The notes beneath the pieces were generated by a model. That model was not told the DNA's origin and did no database searches. It saw only the letters and a list, made by a program, of their open reading frames with translations. From Streptosporangiaceae bacterium (lineage in GTDB: Bacteria > Actinomycetota > Actinomycetes > Streptosporangiales > Streptosporangiaceae), in contig DATBKU010000039.1 of NCBI GenBank assembly GCA_036555725.1, forward strand, positions 742 through 64,741: 64,000 nucleotides of DNA, read 5' to 3'. The first letter of the stretch is position 1. The number at the start of each line of letters is the position of its first letter. Positions 1-8,945 of this stretch are shown piece by piece. The position numbers were made by a program, and so were the translations under genes.

Positions 1-879
1 ACGGAGGCAGCGGGCGACCTCCTCGGCCTCGAACGTGAAGCCGTGGCCGTCGAGCTCGAGGCCGAACGTCTCGGGCTCGACCCGGTTGCGGAGCAGGGTC
101 ATCGAGGTGGGCCGGAAGAACAGCGCCGGCACCTCGATCCGGCCCTCGGTGCCGACCACGGTCGCCGCCTGCGGCGACTCGGCCGTCAGCCCGCAGTGCA
201 GCAGGGCGACGGCGCCGGAGTCGTACCCGAGCAGGATGCCGGTGTTGGCGTCCACGCCGGTGGGCGCGAGGGTCGCCGTGGCCTGCACGGTGGCGTGCGG
301 GCCGAGCAGCATCCAGGCGAACGCGAGCGGGTAGACGCCCAGGTCGAGCAGGGCGCCGCCGGCCAGGTCGGGCGACCAGAACCGGCTGTCCGGGTCGTAC
401 GGCGGCGCCCAGCAGAAGTCGGCGTACACCGCGGTCACGTCGCCGATCGCGCCGTCGGCCACCAGCTCGCGCAGCTTGACGATGAGCGGGTTGAACCGCG
501 TCCACATGCCCTCTTGCAGGAAGAGCCCGCGGTCCCTGGCGTACGCGACCAGCTTCTCCGCGTCGGCGGCGGCCGGCGTGAGCGGCTTTTCGACGAGCAC
601 CGCCCGGCCCGCCTCCAGGCAGGCCCGCGCCGCGTCGTAGTGGCCGCTGTGCGGCGTCGCCACGTACACCACGTCGACGCCGTCGTCGGCGGCGAGCTCC
701 GCGTACGTGCCGTACGCCCGCGGCACGCCGAAGTCGGCGGCGAACGCCTCGGCGGTATGCGGGGCGCGCGAGCCGACCGCGGCCACCTCATGGCCGGGCA
801 GCCGCAGCAGGTCGGCGGTGAAGGTCCGCGCGATGCTCCCCGTGCCCAGGATTCCCCACCTGATCGGCCCATTCGTCAT
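1..879 (-). CDS. Gfo/Idh/MocA family NAD(P)-dependent oxidoreductase (3' end runs off the window)
   Basis: Absent from the ORF track because it has no stop in the window. My minus-strand translation from the ATG at 879 reads MTNGPIRWGILGTGSIARTFTADLLRLPGHEVAAVGSR...CLEAGRAVLVEKPL. This is the N-terminal Rossmann GxGxxG and EKP signature of the family. The GC3-rich frame stays open to base 1. Confidence 0.8.
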   Translation of the reverse strand, partial: MTNGPIRWGILGTGSIARTFTADLLRLPGHEVAAVGSRAPHTAEAFAADFGVPRAYGTYAELAADDGVDVVYVATPHSGHYDAARACLEAGRAVLVEKPLTPAAADAEKLVAYARDRGLFLQEGMWTRFNPLIVKLRELVADGAIGDVTAVYADFCWAPPYDPDSRFWSPDLAGGALLDLGVYPLAFAWMLLGPHATVQATATLAPTGVDANTGILLGYDSGAVALLHCGLTAESPQAATVVGTEGRIEVPALFFRPTSMTLLRNRVEPETFGLELDGHGFTFEAEEVARCLR

Positions 880-1170
880 CGCTCCATCATGGACTACCGC
901 AGCAACGGGAACCGGCCCGTGAGCCCATCGACGAGCGGCCGCGGGCCCGCGATGCTGACGGCGTAATACGTGATGTCGCCGTCCTCGGTACGGGCCAGCT
1001 CGGCGAGGTAGTCGTCGTATACGCGGACGCGCTGCGCGATCGCGGCCATGTCGGCGACGAGCAGCAGCGGTCCGAAGTCCTGCCAGGAGAATCCGCAATC
1101 CTTCGTTCTATGCTCAACTCAGTTAGAGAAATTCCGAAGATAGTTCGACAGCAGCGGCGAGGGCGGAACC

Positions 1171-1683
1171 GTGGACGAACTTGATACGGCGATCGTGCAG
1201 GCCCTGCAGGACGACGGGCGGCAGACCAACCGCGACCTCGCCGACCGGCTCGGCATCGCCCAGTCGACCTGTCTAGAACGGGTGCGGGCACTGCGCCGGC
1301 GTGGGGTGATCACGGGCTTCCACGCCGAGGTCGACCTGCCCTCACTGGGCCGCCCCGTGCAGGCCCTCATCAACGTACGGCTGCAACCCAAGATCCGGGA
1401 GGCCGTCGAGGGCTTCCGCGACTATGTGACCGGACTGCCGGAGACGCTCGCCGTCTTCGTCGTGTCCGGGGGCGACGACTTCATCATCCAGGTCGCGGTG
1501 CGCGACACGGGTCAGCTCCGCGACTTCGTCCTCGACCACGTGTCCCGGCACCGCAACATCGCGGACGTACGGACGGCCCTCGTCTACGACCACATCCGCA
1601 AAACCGCCATCGACCCGCTGCCCCCCGAGCCGCCCGGACGCCGACGCGCCGAGCGGCCCGTTGAGTGCCCGTTGAGGGCCTAG
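1171..1683 (+). CDS. Lrp/AsnC family transcriptional regulator
   Basis: GTG start. MDELDTAIVQALQDDGRQTNRDLADRLGIAQSTCLERVRALRRRGVI is a typical Lrp/AsnC HTH, followed by a RAM-like ligand domain. Confidence 0.9.
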   Translation: MDELDTAIVQALQDDGRQTNRDLADRLGIAQSTCLERVRALRRRGVITGFHAEVDLPSLGRPVQALINVRLQPKIREAVEGFRDYVTGLPETLAVFVVSGGDDFIIQVAVRDTGQLRDFVLDHVSRHRNIADVRTALVYDHIRKTAIDPLPPEPPGRRRAERPVECPLRA

Positions 1684-3029
1684 GGGCACGCGGGGAAGAG
1701 GCGGCGGGTGCCGGTGCCGGCCGCGTACGCCGCCTGGTCGCTGAACCGGCAGCCGAAGTCGGCCGCGCTCGGCCTGCTCACGTTGTCGCCCGCGGGCCGC
1801 TTGCCCCGGTGCACCCACGCGACCAGGTCGTCCCAGGCCGTCCCCGCCTCGACATTGGAGAATTCGCAGTGCTGGGCCGTCCGGATGGCACGCTGCACGA
1901 CGAGTCCGGACCGGCCGTGCCGGGCCACGTCGGAGCGATAGACCTGCTCCATCGAGAACGGCACGAACATGTCGCCCAGCCCGTGCAGGGAAAGCACCGG
2001 CGCGGACGGGACGCCGAAGATCTGCGGGCTCTCGATCAACCGTGGCGTGAACCGGTCCCTCGGGTCGGCGATGGGTACCCGCTGCACGGTGCGGTTGACG
2101 TCGACCGGGGAGTTCGGCTCGTACCGCGTGTGGACGTTCGTGGCGATGAGTCCCGGGTTGGTGGCGAGGTCGTCGCCGGTGGCCTGGGCGCCCAGCGAGA
2201 ACAGGAAGTCCTTCCAGATCGGGAACGCCTGGACGGCACCCGGCCGCGGCCCGCCGGACCGGTTGATCACGATCGACCGGAACTGCTCGCCCAGGTCGTT
2301 CGTGGTGTCCGGGCCGCCCGGCTGCAGGGTGTCGATGCCGAGGGCGTGCTCGATCTTCGGCACCGCGTTGGTCAGGTAGTCGGCGGGCGGCGGATAGGCG
2401 CGCACGCCGGCGAGGTCCTGGCCGACCACGTTGTAGTCGAGGAAGAAGTCGAAAAGCGTGTCGTCGCCGAGCACCCCGCACATCGGCATCGCGCCCGCGT
2501 AGAAGCCCCGGTACTGCTCGACCGAGCGGCCGATGACGTGGCCGCCCATCGAGACGCCGGTGATGAGCGTACGGCGCGGCGGGTGCACGGCGCGGCGGAA
2601 CAGCAGCGCGAGGTCGTGGGTGCTGAGCACGCCGGCCCGTACGTCGTAGCCGTTGTCGTAGTACGACGAGGCGGCCCAGGCGTACCCCTCGTCCAGCAGC
2701 TTCTGCCGCAGGCCGAACGCGGGCGGGTCGACGGTCAGCACCGTCCCGTTGCCGCGGTAGCCGTGCGCCCACATGACCAGCTCGCCGTTCCACTTCGGCG
2801 GCACCTCGATGTCGTAGGCGGCGTGCCGGTAGACGCCCTGCAGGACATGGGCGGGCACTCCGTTGACGACGGCGGGGGCGAGGGGCGGGTTGTTGATGGT
2901 GTAGCCGGGCAGCGGCTGGTCGCCCGGCACGTGGTCGGCGGTCGCCGGCGCCACGGCGGAGCCGAGTGCCAGTACGGCTCCGGCGGCGACGGCGGTGATG
3001 GCGGTGAAGCGGCGGAACGATCGGCGCAT
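1680..3029 (-). CDS. secreted alpha/beta-hydrolase fold protein
   Basis: Start moved to the MRRSFRRF ATG at 3029, which has GAGGAGG upstream. Signal-peptide-like N-terminus (AVAAGAVLALGSAVAPATA). GVSMGG nucleophile elbow (GxSxG). Confidence 0.7.
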   Translation of the reverse strand: MRRSFRRFTAITAVAAGAVLALGSAVAPATADHVPGDQPLPGYTINNPPLAPAVVNGVPAHVLQGVYRHAAYDIEVPPKWNGELVMWAHGYRGNGTVLTVDPPAFGLRQKLLDEGYAWAASSYYDNGYDVRAGVLSTHDLALLFRRAVHPPRRTLITGVSMGGHVIGRSVEQYRGFYAGAMPMCGVLGDDTLFDFFLDYNVVGQDLAGVRAYPPPADYLTNAVPKIEHALGIDTLQPGGPDTTNDLGEQFRSIVINRSGGPRPGAVQAFPIWKDFLFSLGAQATGDDLATNPGLIATNVHTRYEPNSPVDVNRTVQRVPIADPRDRFTPRLIESPQIFGVPSAPVLSLHGLGDMFVPFSMEQVYRSDVARHGRSGLVVQRAIRTAQHCEFSNVEAGTAWDDLVAWVHRGKRPAGDNVSRPSAADFGCRFSDQAAYAAGTGTRRLFPACP

Positions 3030-3064
3030 CGACCCCTCCTCGGTAGGGATGGCCGCGGGGCACA

Positions 3065-3109
3065 CCGCCGTGTTCCTACGTCCTCGTGGTGACGGCAGGA
3101 ACACGGCGG
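3065..3109 (-). terminator. 13-bp perfect-stem hairpin downstream of the ABC solute-binding gene
   Basis: CCGCCGTGTTCCT (3065-3077) pairs perfectly with AGGAACACGGCGG (3097-3109), with a 19-nt loop. It lies between the end of the 3205..4530 gene and the start of the hydrolase gene. There is no clean U-tract on the minus strand. Confidence 0.35.
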
Positions 3110-3204
3110 GCGGGGGGTTTTCTTCTGGTTCTGCTAGCGGTGATTCTCCTCGGCTCGATCAGCGGGCGGCCGGCGCGATGTCGCCGGCCGCCAGACGAAA
3201 GGCG

Positions 3205-4530
3205 TCAGCCGGCGGGCGGCGGGATGCCGTTGCCCGGGGCCGCGGGCTGCGGGTTCGTGTACACCTGGATCGCCCCGTCGCCGTCGTCGGTGACCATCGG
3301 CTCACCGTGCACCACGATCGCGTTGCCCTTGATCGTGCCGATCTGGGCGCCGGTGTAGCCCGCGTGGGAGTCCTTGCTGAACGCGAACGGCACCAGTCCG
3401 GGACCGGTGAACTTGGTGGTCTCGACGGCCTGAACGAGGCTCTGGCGCGTCGGGTTCTTCCCGGCCGCCTGCAGGGCCTGCACGAACGTGTACGCGGCGC
3501 CGAACCCGTACGCGACGTTGCCGTCCAGCGGCAGCTTCGGGATGTACTGGTCGTGGATCTTCGTGAACAGCTGCACCCAGCTGTTGGACGTGTCGCCGAT
3601 CGGGGTGCCGTAGGAGTCCGTGACGATGCCCTGGATCAGCGGGTTGCCCTCGACCTTCGCGCCGGCCTGCTTGGCGAAGCTCTCCAGCAGTCCGGTCAGC
3701 GTCGTCGGGTCGGAGCCGACGTTGCTGACCACCAGCTGGGCCTTGGAGTTCAGCTTGAGCTGGGCCAGCCGGAACAGCGCGGTGTAGGCCGGGATCGTGA
3801 ACAGCACGACCACGTCGGCCTTCGACTGGGCGATGGCCTGAGCCTGCGGGCCGATGTCGGTGTTGCCCGGCTGGTACGACTGCCGCTCCACCACCGAGCC
3901 CGCCGGGATCTGCTTGTCGAGGCCCTTGACGCCGTCCTGGCCGAAGTCGTCGTTCTGGTAGAAGTACGCGATCTTCTTGCCCGGCATGGTCTGCCGGATG
4001 TACTGGCCGAGGATCTTGCCCTCACGGATGTAGTCCACCTGCCAGCCGAAGGTGTACGGGTGCTGCTTCGGGTTGTCCCAGCAGCCACAGCCAGACGCGA
4101 CGAACAGGTCGGGCACCCGCTGCGCGTTCAGATAGTCCACCACTTTGGTGTGCGTCGGCGTGCCGAGGCCGTTGAAGATCGCGAAGACCTTGTCCTGGAG
4201 CACCAGCTTGTGCACCACGTCCACGGTGTTGGTGGGGTTGTAGACGTCGTCGACGTACTTGTAGATGATCTTCCGGCCGTTCACCCCGCCGTTGGCGTTG
4301 ACGTAGTCGAAGTACGCCTTCGACGCGGCGGAGATCTCGCTGTAGCCCGGCGCCGCCGGGCCGGTCAGCGGCTGGTGGCTGCCGATCGTCACCGTGGTCG
4401 CCGTGACACCCGGCGCGGACGCCTTGTTGGCGCCCCCGTTCGTGTCACCTCCGCCGCCACCGCAACCGGCCGCGACAAGGGCGACCACCGCGCCGGCGGC
4501 AACGACGCGTAGTGCCCGGGGTCCTTTCAT
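3205..4530 (-). CDS. ABC transporter substrate-binding lipoprotein, branched-chain amino acid (LivJ/K-like) type
   Basis: Lipobox LVAAGC after a signal peptide. GGAGGA RBS. Body typical of periplasmic-binding-protein family 6 (GVNGRKI...YVDD.YNP, FYQNDDFG). Confidence 0.85.
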   Translation of the reverse strand: MKGPRALRVVAAGAVVALVAAGCGGGGGDTNGGANKASAPGVTATTVTIGSHQPLTGPAAPGYSEISAASKAYFDYVNANGGVNGRKIIYKYVDDVYNPTNTVDVVHKLVLQDKVFAIFNGLGTPTHTKVVDYLNAQRVPDLFVASGCGCWDNPKQHPYTFGWQVDYIREGKILGQYIRQTMPGKKIAYFYQNDDFGQDGVKGLDKQIPAGSVVERQSYQPGNTDIGPQAQAIAQSKADVVVLFTIPAYTALFRLAQLKLNSKAQLVVSNVGSDPTTLTGLLESFAKQAGAKVEGNPLIQGIVTDSYGTPIGDTSNSWVQLFTKIHDQYIPKLPLDGNVAYGFGAAYTFVQALQAAGKNPTRQSLVQAVETTKFTGPGLVPFAFSKDSHAGYTGAQIGTIKGNAIVVHGEPMVTDDGDGAIQVYTNPQPAAPGNGIPPPAG

Positions 4531-4567
4531 GATTCCTCCAGTGGGAGTGGGATGGGAGGGTCGGAGA

Positions 4568-5338
4568 TCACGTAGGGTCCGCGACCTCCTCCCCGAGATA
4601 GGCCGCGATCACGGCGGGGTCATCACGGATCTCGGCCGGCGTTCCGCGAGCGATCAGCCGGCCGAAGTCGAGTACGGCGACCTCGTCACAGATGTCCATG
4701 ACGAAGTCCATGTGGTGTTCGACGAGGACGACGGTCATGTGGAGGTCCCGGATCAGCGTCGCGAGAGCGCCGATCTCGTCCGCGGACAGTCCGGCGACCG
4801 GCTCGTCGAGCAGGATCAGCTCGGGGTCGGATACAAGGGCCCGGGCCAGCGCGACCCGCTTCCGCGTGCCGTACGACAGCGCGCCCGGCATCCGGTCGGC
4901 GACATCGGCGACCCCGAGCGCGGTCAGCTGTTCCATGGCCCGGCGGCGCAGCGCCGCCTCGTCGCGGTCGGCGCGCGGCAGGGCCGGCAGCGCGGTCGGG
5001 ACGCCGGTACGGGCGTGCCGGGTGGCGCCCACCATGACGTTCTGCAGCACGGTGAGGCCGGGGAAGAGCCCGAGCCCTTGCAGCGTGCGGGCGACGCCGA
5101 GCCCGGCCAGGTGATGGGGGCGGTGCCCGGTGATGTCGGCGCCCTGCCACCGCACCGAGCCGGCCCCGGGCCGGACGAACCCGCACACCACGTTGAACAG
5201 CGTGGTCTTGCCCGCGCCGTTCGGGCCGATCACGCCGACCACATGACCGCTCGGCACCTGCAGGGACACCTCGTCGAGGGCGACCAGGCCGCCGAAGCGG
5301 ACGGTCACCCCGGACAGTTCCAGCAGGGGATGCGTCAT
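4568..5338 (-). CDS. ABC transporter ATP-binding protein (LivG-like)
   Basis: Start at MTHPLLEL (ATG 5338, GAGGTGAGG RBS). Walker A GPNGAGKTT, signature motif LSYGTRKRV, Walker B LILLDEP. Confidence 0.85.
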   Translation of the reverse strand: MTHPLLELSGVTVRFGGLVALDEVSLQVPSGHVVGVIGPNGAGKTTLFNVVCGFVRPGAGSVRWQGADITGHRPHHLAGLGVARTLQGLGLFPGLTVLQNVMVGATRHARTGVPTALPALPRADRDEAALRRRAMEQLTALGVADVADRMPGALSYGTRKRVALARALVSDPELILLDEPVAGLSADEIGALATLIRDLHMTVVLVEHHMDFVMDICDEVAVLDFGRLIARGTPAEIRDDPAVIAAYLGEEVADPT

Positions 5339-5429
5339 CGACCTCACCTCACGACGTCCCCCGATGTCGGCCAAGCGGATCAGCGCAGCGGCGCCTCCGT
5401 AGGGTGGCCGGTGACGGTTTCGTACGACA

Positions 5430-6413
5430 TCAGCTCACCCTCGAGAAGTAGCGCTTCGGGTTTCCGGTGAGCATCTGGTCGAGCTGCGCGTCGGTCACGC
5501 CCCGGGCGCGCAGCGCGGGCAGCACGTCGTCGCTGATGTGTGTGTAGTGCCAGTTGGGCAGCGCGGCGCGCATCGTCTCCGGGTCGGGCCCGAACCAGTC
5601 GGTGTAGCAGCTGGCGTCGTGGCTGAGCACCATCCGGTCGGCGTAGCCGCGGTCGCACAGCTCGGCGATGGTACGGACCCGGTCGTCGGTCGGGTTGAAG
5701 ACGTCGAGGCCGAAGCGGTCCATGCCGAGGATCGCCCCGGTGTCGGCCAGCTCCGACAGGTAGTCGAGATCGTTGCTGTCGCCCGCGTGGCCGATGACGA
5801 CCTTGGCGAGGTCGACGCCCTCCTTGGCGAACAGATCCACTGCCGGCCGGCCGCTCTGCGCCGGCCCGGAGGTGTGCACGGTGATCGGCGTGCCGGTCTC
5901 GCGGTGCGTGGCGGCGATGGCGCGCAGCACCCGCTCGACGCCGGGAGTGAGACCGGCCGCCTCGACGCAGCATTTCAGCAGCGCCGCCTTCACTCCGGTG
6001 TCGGCGATGCCCTCGACGATGTCCCTGGTGAAGTCGGCGACCATCGGTTCCGGGCCGTCGAGAATGGTGCCAGGACCCCGATACTCCAACTGGAAGGGAA
6101 GCTCGTTGTAGGTGTAGAGACCGGTCGCGACAATGATGTTGAGATCGGGCACCTGTCCGGCGATTCGCTGGATCCGCGGAATGTAGCGGCCGAGGCCCCA
6201 GACCGTCGGGTCGACGATGGTGCCGATGCCTCTCGTCACCAGCTCACCGAGCCGGGCCACCGCGTCCGCGACGCGTTCTTCCTCGTCCCACCAGGCGCCG
6301 GTGCCGTAGTTCTGCAGGTACTCGGTCGAGAAGAAGAACACATGCTCATGCATAAGTGTCGAGCCGAGTTTCCCCACGTCGACGGGGCCGCCTACGGTCT
6401 CAACGGTGGGCAT
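5430..6413 (-). CDS. phosphotriesterase-family (PTE/PHP, lactonase-like) amidohydrolase
   Basis: MHEHV metal-binding His-x-His, LLKCCVE (position of the carboxylated Lys), VHTS, IGHAGD and LSHDAS motifs in the order expected for the binuclear-metal PTE family. Confidence 0.8.
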   Translation of the reverse strand: MPTVETVGGPVDVGKLGSTLMHEHVFFFSTEYLQNYGTGAWWDEEERVADAVARLGELVTRGIGTIVDPTVWGLGRYIPRIQRIAGQVPDLNIIVATGLYTYNELPFQLEYRGPGTILDGPEPMVADFTRDIVEGIADTGVKAALLKCCVEAAGLTPGVERVLRAIAATHRETGTPITVHTSGPAQSGRPAVDLFAKEGVDLAKVVIGHAGDSNDLDYLSELADTGAILGMDRFGLDVFNPTDDRVRTIAELCDRGYADRMVLSHDASCYTDWFGPDPETMRAALPNWHYTHISDDVLPALRARGVTDAQLDQMLTGNPKRYFSRVS

Positions 6414-6457
6414 CCCACTCTCCTCGAAAGCCTCCGGCGAAAGCGTCGGGCAACGTG

Positions 6458-6475
6458 CATACCGACCGGTCGGTA
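6458..6475. promoter_or_regulatory. perfect 18-bp palindrome ATACCGACCGGTCGGTAT, candidate operator
   Basis: Read directly from the sequence. It sits about 45 nt upstream of the phosphotriesterase-family start (6413) and 79 nt downstream of the LacI gene end. Confidence 0.4.
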
Positions 6476-6553
6476 TCAGGCAAAATAAGCTGCGTCGGCT
6501 ACATCGTCAATGGCAGGTCGCCGTAATGGGGCCTGGTAGTCGCAAAGGTGTTA

Positions 6554-7561
6554 TTAACTACGTGGCGGTGCCGTGGAGGCCCGTTCGATCAGCCGGGTGG
6601 GCAGCAGGAGCAGCTTCGCCGGGCCTGGTTCGCCGATGAGATCGAGCAGCAGCCGCGCCGCCTCGACGCCGATCTCGCGCTGCGGAATCCGCACGGTCGT
6701 CAGCGGCGGCGTCATCCGCGACAGCATCGGAATGTCGTTGAAGCCCACAACGGACATGTCGCCGGGGCACTCGAGCCCGGCCTCGTCCAGCGTGTCGAGC
6801 AGGCCGATCGCGAGCAGGTCGTTGCCGGCCACGACGGCCGTCGGCCGGGGCTCGGCGGCGAGCAACTCCCGGGCGGCGGCCTGCCCCGCCGCCTCGGTGA
6901 ACGCCTCGGCGAACGCCACCGGGCCGGGGTCGAGCTCCGACCGGGCCATCGCGTCGAGGAAGGCGCGGTAGCGGCTGTGCCCGGTGGTCAGGCGCTGCGG
7001 CCCGGCCAGGTGGGAGATGTGGCGATGCCCGAGCGCGATGAGATGGGCGACGGACGCGCGGACGCCGTCGGCCTCGTCGGCGACGACGGCCGGGATGCTG
7101 CGGTCGTCGGTGGTCCGGTTCACCAGCACCATGGGCACGTTGGCCTCGACCATGCGTTCGAGCAGCGGATGCGTGCGCTGGGCGGTGGCCACGATGAAGC
7201 CGTCGGCCTGCCGGGCCCGCAACGCCGCGAACAGCCGCTCCTCACGGGCCCCGTCGTTGTCGGTGTTGGTGACGAGCCCGCTGTAGCCGGCCGGGCCCAG
7301 CACCTCGTCGACGCCGCGCACGATCGGCGGGAACAGCGGGTTCGTGAGGTCAGGGATCATGATCCCGATGGTGAACGAGCGGCGCGTGCGCAGCCCGCGG
7401 GCGAGCGAGTTGGGCTGGTAGCCCAGCCGGTCGGCGGCCGCCAGCACCCGCCGCGCGGTCGTCGGCGAGACCCGGCCGCGCGTCGCGGGGTTGAGCGCGC
7501 GCGACGCCGTGCCGGGGTGCACCCCGGCGGCCCGCGCGACATCACTGAGCGTGACAGTCAC
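6554..7561 (-). CDS. LacI family transcriptional regulator
   Basis: GTG start. MTVTLSDVARAAGVHPGTASRALN HTH followed by a periplasmic-binding-fold effector domain. Confidence 0.9.
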   Translation of the reverse strand: MTVTLSDVARAAGVHPGTASRALNPATRGRVSPTTARRVLAAADRLGYQPNSLARGLRTRRSFTIGIMIPDLTNPLFPPIVRGVDEVLGPAGYSGLVTNTDNDGAREERLFAALRARQADGFIVATAQRTHPLLERMVEANVPMVLVNRTTDDRSIPAVVADEADGVRASVAHLIALGHRHISHLAGPQRLTTGHSRYRAFLDAMARSELDPGPVAFAEAFTEAAGQAAARELLAAEPRPTAVVAGNDLLAIGLLDTLDEAGLECPGDMSVVGFNDIPMLSRMTPPLTTVRIPQREIGVEAARLLLDLIGEPGPAKLLLLPTRLIERASTAPPRS

Positions 7562-7593
7562 GTCCCGAGACTAGGCCGTCAGCGGCCCTCGCA

Positions 7594-7607
7594 GCAAGCG
7601 ATTGCAT
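7594..7607. promoter_or_regulatory. LacI-type operator half-palindrome GCAAGCGATTGCAT
   Basis: GCAAnCGnTTGC core, the general LacI/GalR operator shape. It lies 33 nt upstream of the LacI start in the divergent intergenic region. Confidence 0.45.
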
Positions 7608-7627
7608 GCCCTTTGCCTCGGTGTACA

Positions 7628-7656
7628 TTGACATGCTGGTTATTCAGGCATAATGT
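7628..7656 (+). promoter_or_regulatory. sigma-70-like promoter: TTGACA, 17-nt spacer, TAATGT
   Basis: -35 TTGACA at 7628-7633, a 17-nt spacer, and -10 TAATGT at 7651-7656. It reads toward the maleylacetate reductase/dioxygenase pair. The second operator begins 5 nt downstream of the -10. Confidence 0.5.
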
Positions 7657-7660
7657 CATG

Positions 7661-7672
7661 GCAAACGATTGC
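7661..7672. promoter_or_regulatory. LacI-type operator GCAAACGATTGC
   Basis: Same GCAAnCGnTTGC core as 7594-7605. It overlaps the predicted transcription start region. Confidence 0.5.
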
Positions 7673-7851
7673 ATTGGCGACCGCACCCAACTCCCGCGGT
7701 GGCCCCCGGGTCGGAATCCCCCTCCCGATGCGCCCCTCCATTGGCCGACCCGGGGAGCTCCAACGCCGACCAGCGACCACCAGCGCCGGCCCCACTTCCC
7801 GTACACGGGAGAGACGTTGCGCGGCGGCGGCGGCGCGGAGAGCATGGCGCT

Positions 7852-8907
7852 GTGGAGGTTTTCGATCACGAGCCGGGCCCGCGCGTCGTCTTCGGCGCCG
7901 GGGCGCTCGCCCAGGTGCCCGCCGAGGTCCGGCGGCTCGGCCCGCGGCGCGTGCTGCTGATCGCCGGCCGGCACGAGAAGCCGTACGCCGACACGCTCGC
8001 CGCCGGCCTGTCCCCGGCCGGTCGGATCGAAGAGGTGGCCGTCCATGTACCGGCGGAGACCGCCGCGGCGGGGATCGAGGTGGCCCGGGAGATCGAGGCC
8101 GACCTGCTCGTCTGTGTCGGAGGCGGCTCGGCGACCGGGCTGGCCAAGGCGATCGCCCGGCAGACCGGCGTGGCCATCCTCGCCGTACCCACCACGTACG
8201 CGGGCAGCGAGCTGACGCCGGTGTGGGGACTGACCGAGGGCGGCCGCAAGACGACGGGCGGCGACCCCCGCGTGCGGCCGCGCGTGGTGGTGTACGACCC
8301 GGAGCTGACGCTGTCGCTGCCGGTCGAGGTGTCGGCCGCGTCGGGGCTGAACGCCGTGGCGCACGCCGTCGAGGCGCTGTACGCCCCGGACGCCGCGCCG
8401 CAGACCAAGGACGCGGGGGAGGAGGGCATCCGGATCCTCGCCGCCGCCCTGCCCAAGGTGGTGGCGCGGCCCGGCGACCTTGCGGCCCGTACCGACGCCC
8501 TGCGCGGAGCCTGGCGCTGCGGCGCGGCGCTGGCCGGCGCCACCATGGGCGTGCACCACACGATCTGCCATGTGCTCGGCGGCGCGTACGACATGCCGCA
8601 CGCGGAGACGCACGCCGTCGTGCTGCCGCACGCCGTGGCCTGCAACGAGGCCTTCGTCCCCGCGGCGATGGCGCGGCTGGGCGGCGCGCTCGGCTCGAAC
8701 GACCCCGCAAAGGCGCTGTGGGACCTGGCCGCCCGCATCGACGCCCCCACCTCACTGGCCCAGCTGGGCTTCCGGCACGAGAACGTGGACGCGGCCGCCG
8801 AGCTGGTCGTGGCGGCCGGGAAGGCCAACCCGCGTCCTGTCGAGCGCGACTGGGTGGCCGAGCTGCTGCTGGAGGCCTGGGACGGCGCCCGGCCCGACGA
8901 CTCGTGA
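7852..8907 (+). CDS. maleylacetate reductase (iron-containing alcohol dehydrogenase family)
   Basis: Start set at GTG 7852 (MEVFDHEPGPRVVFGAGAL). The 61 upstream ORF-track codons have poor GC3. GGGSATGLAKA and HAVEALYA...HHTICHVLGG metal/NAD motifs. Adjacent to an intradiol dioxygenase. Confidence 0.8.
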   Translation: MEVFDHEPGPRVVFGAGALAQVPAEVRRLGPRRVLLIAGRHEKPYADTLAAGLSPAGRIEEVAVHVPAETAAAGIEVAREIEADLLVCVGGGSATGLAKAIARQTGVAILAVPTTYAGSELTPVWGLTEGGRKTTGGDPRVRPRVVVYDPELTLSLPVEVSAASGLNAVAHAVEALYAPDAAPQTKDAGEEGIRILAAALPKVVARPGDLAARTDALRGAWRCGAALAGATMGVHHTICHVLGGAYDMPHAETHAVVLPHAVACNEAFVPAAMARLGGALGSNDPAKALWDLAARIDAPTSLAQLGFRHENVDAAAELVVAAGKANPRPVERDWVAELLLEAWDGARPDDS

Positions 8908-8931
8908 TCTCGTGAACTCGTGAACTCGTGA
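8900..8931 (+). repeat. 4 x 8-bp tandem repeat (A/T)CTCGTGA
   Basis: ACTCGTGA TCTCGTGA ACTCGTGA ACTCGTGA read directly. The first TGA (8905-8907) is the reductase stop. The four TGAs together cover all three frames. Confidence 0.9.
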
Positions 8932-8945
8932 AGGAGAGTGACACC

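Noticed and set aside
1342-3092. Very long ORFs 1342..3063(-) and 1665..3092(+) overlapping the hydrolase gene. Similar cases are 7579..9707, 14036..17557, 16174..19521 (5' part), 19424..22612, 33129..36005, 36139..39108, 53550..56303 and 55769..57695.
   Set aside because: Their translations are Arg/Pro/Gly/Ala-rich low-complexity strings, typical of off-frame or antisense reading of GC-rich coding DNA. In every case another frame gives a protein with clear family motifs.
7669-7851. ORF-track start at 7669 for the maleylacetate reductase, which adds 61 extra codons beginning inside the operator.
   Set aside because: The extension has visibly lower GC3 than the gene body, is Pro/Ala/Ser-rich, and the family's conserved N-terminus begins at the GTG at 7852.
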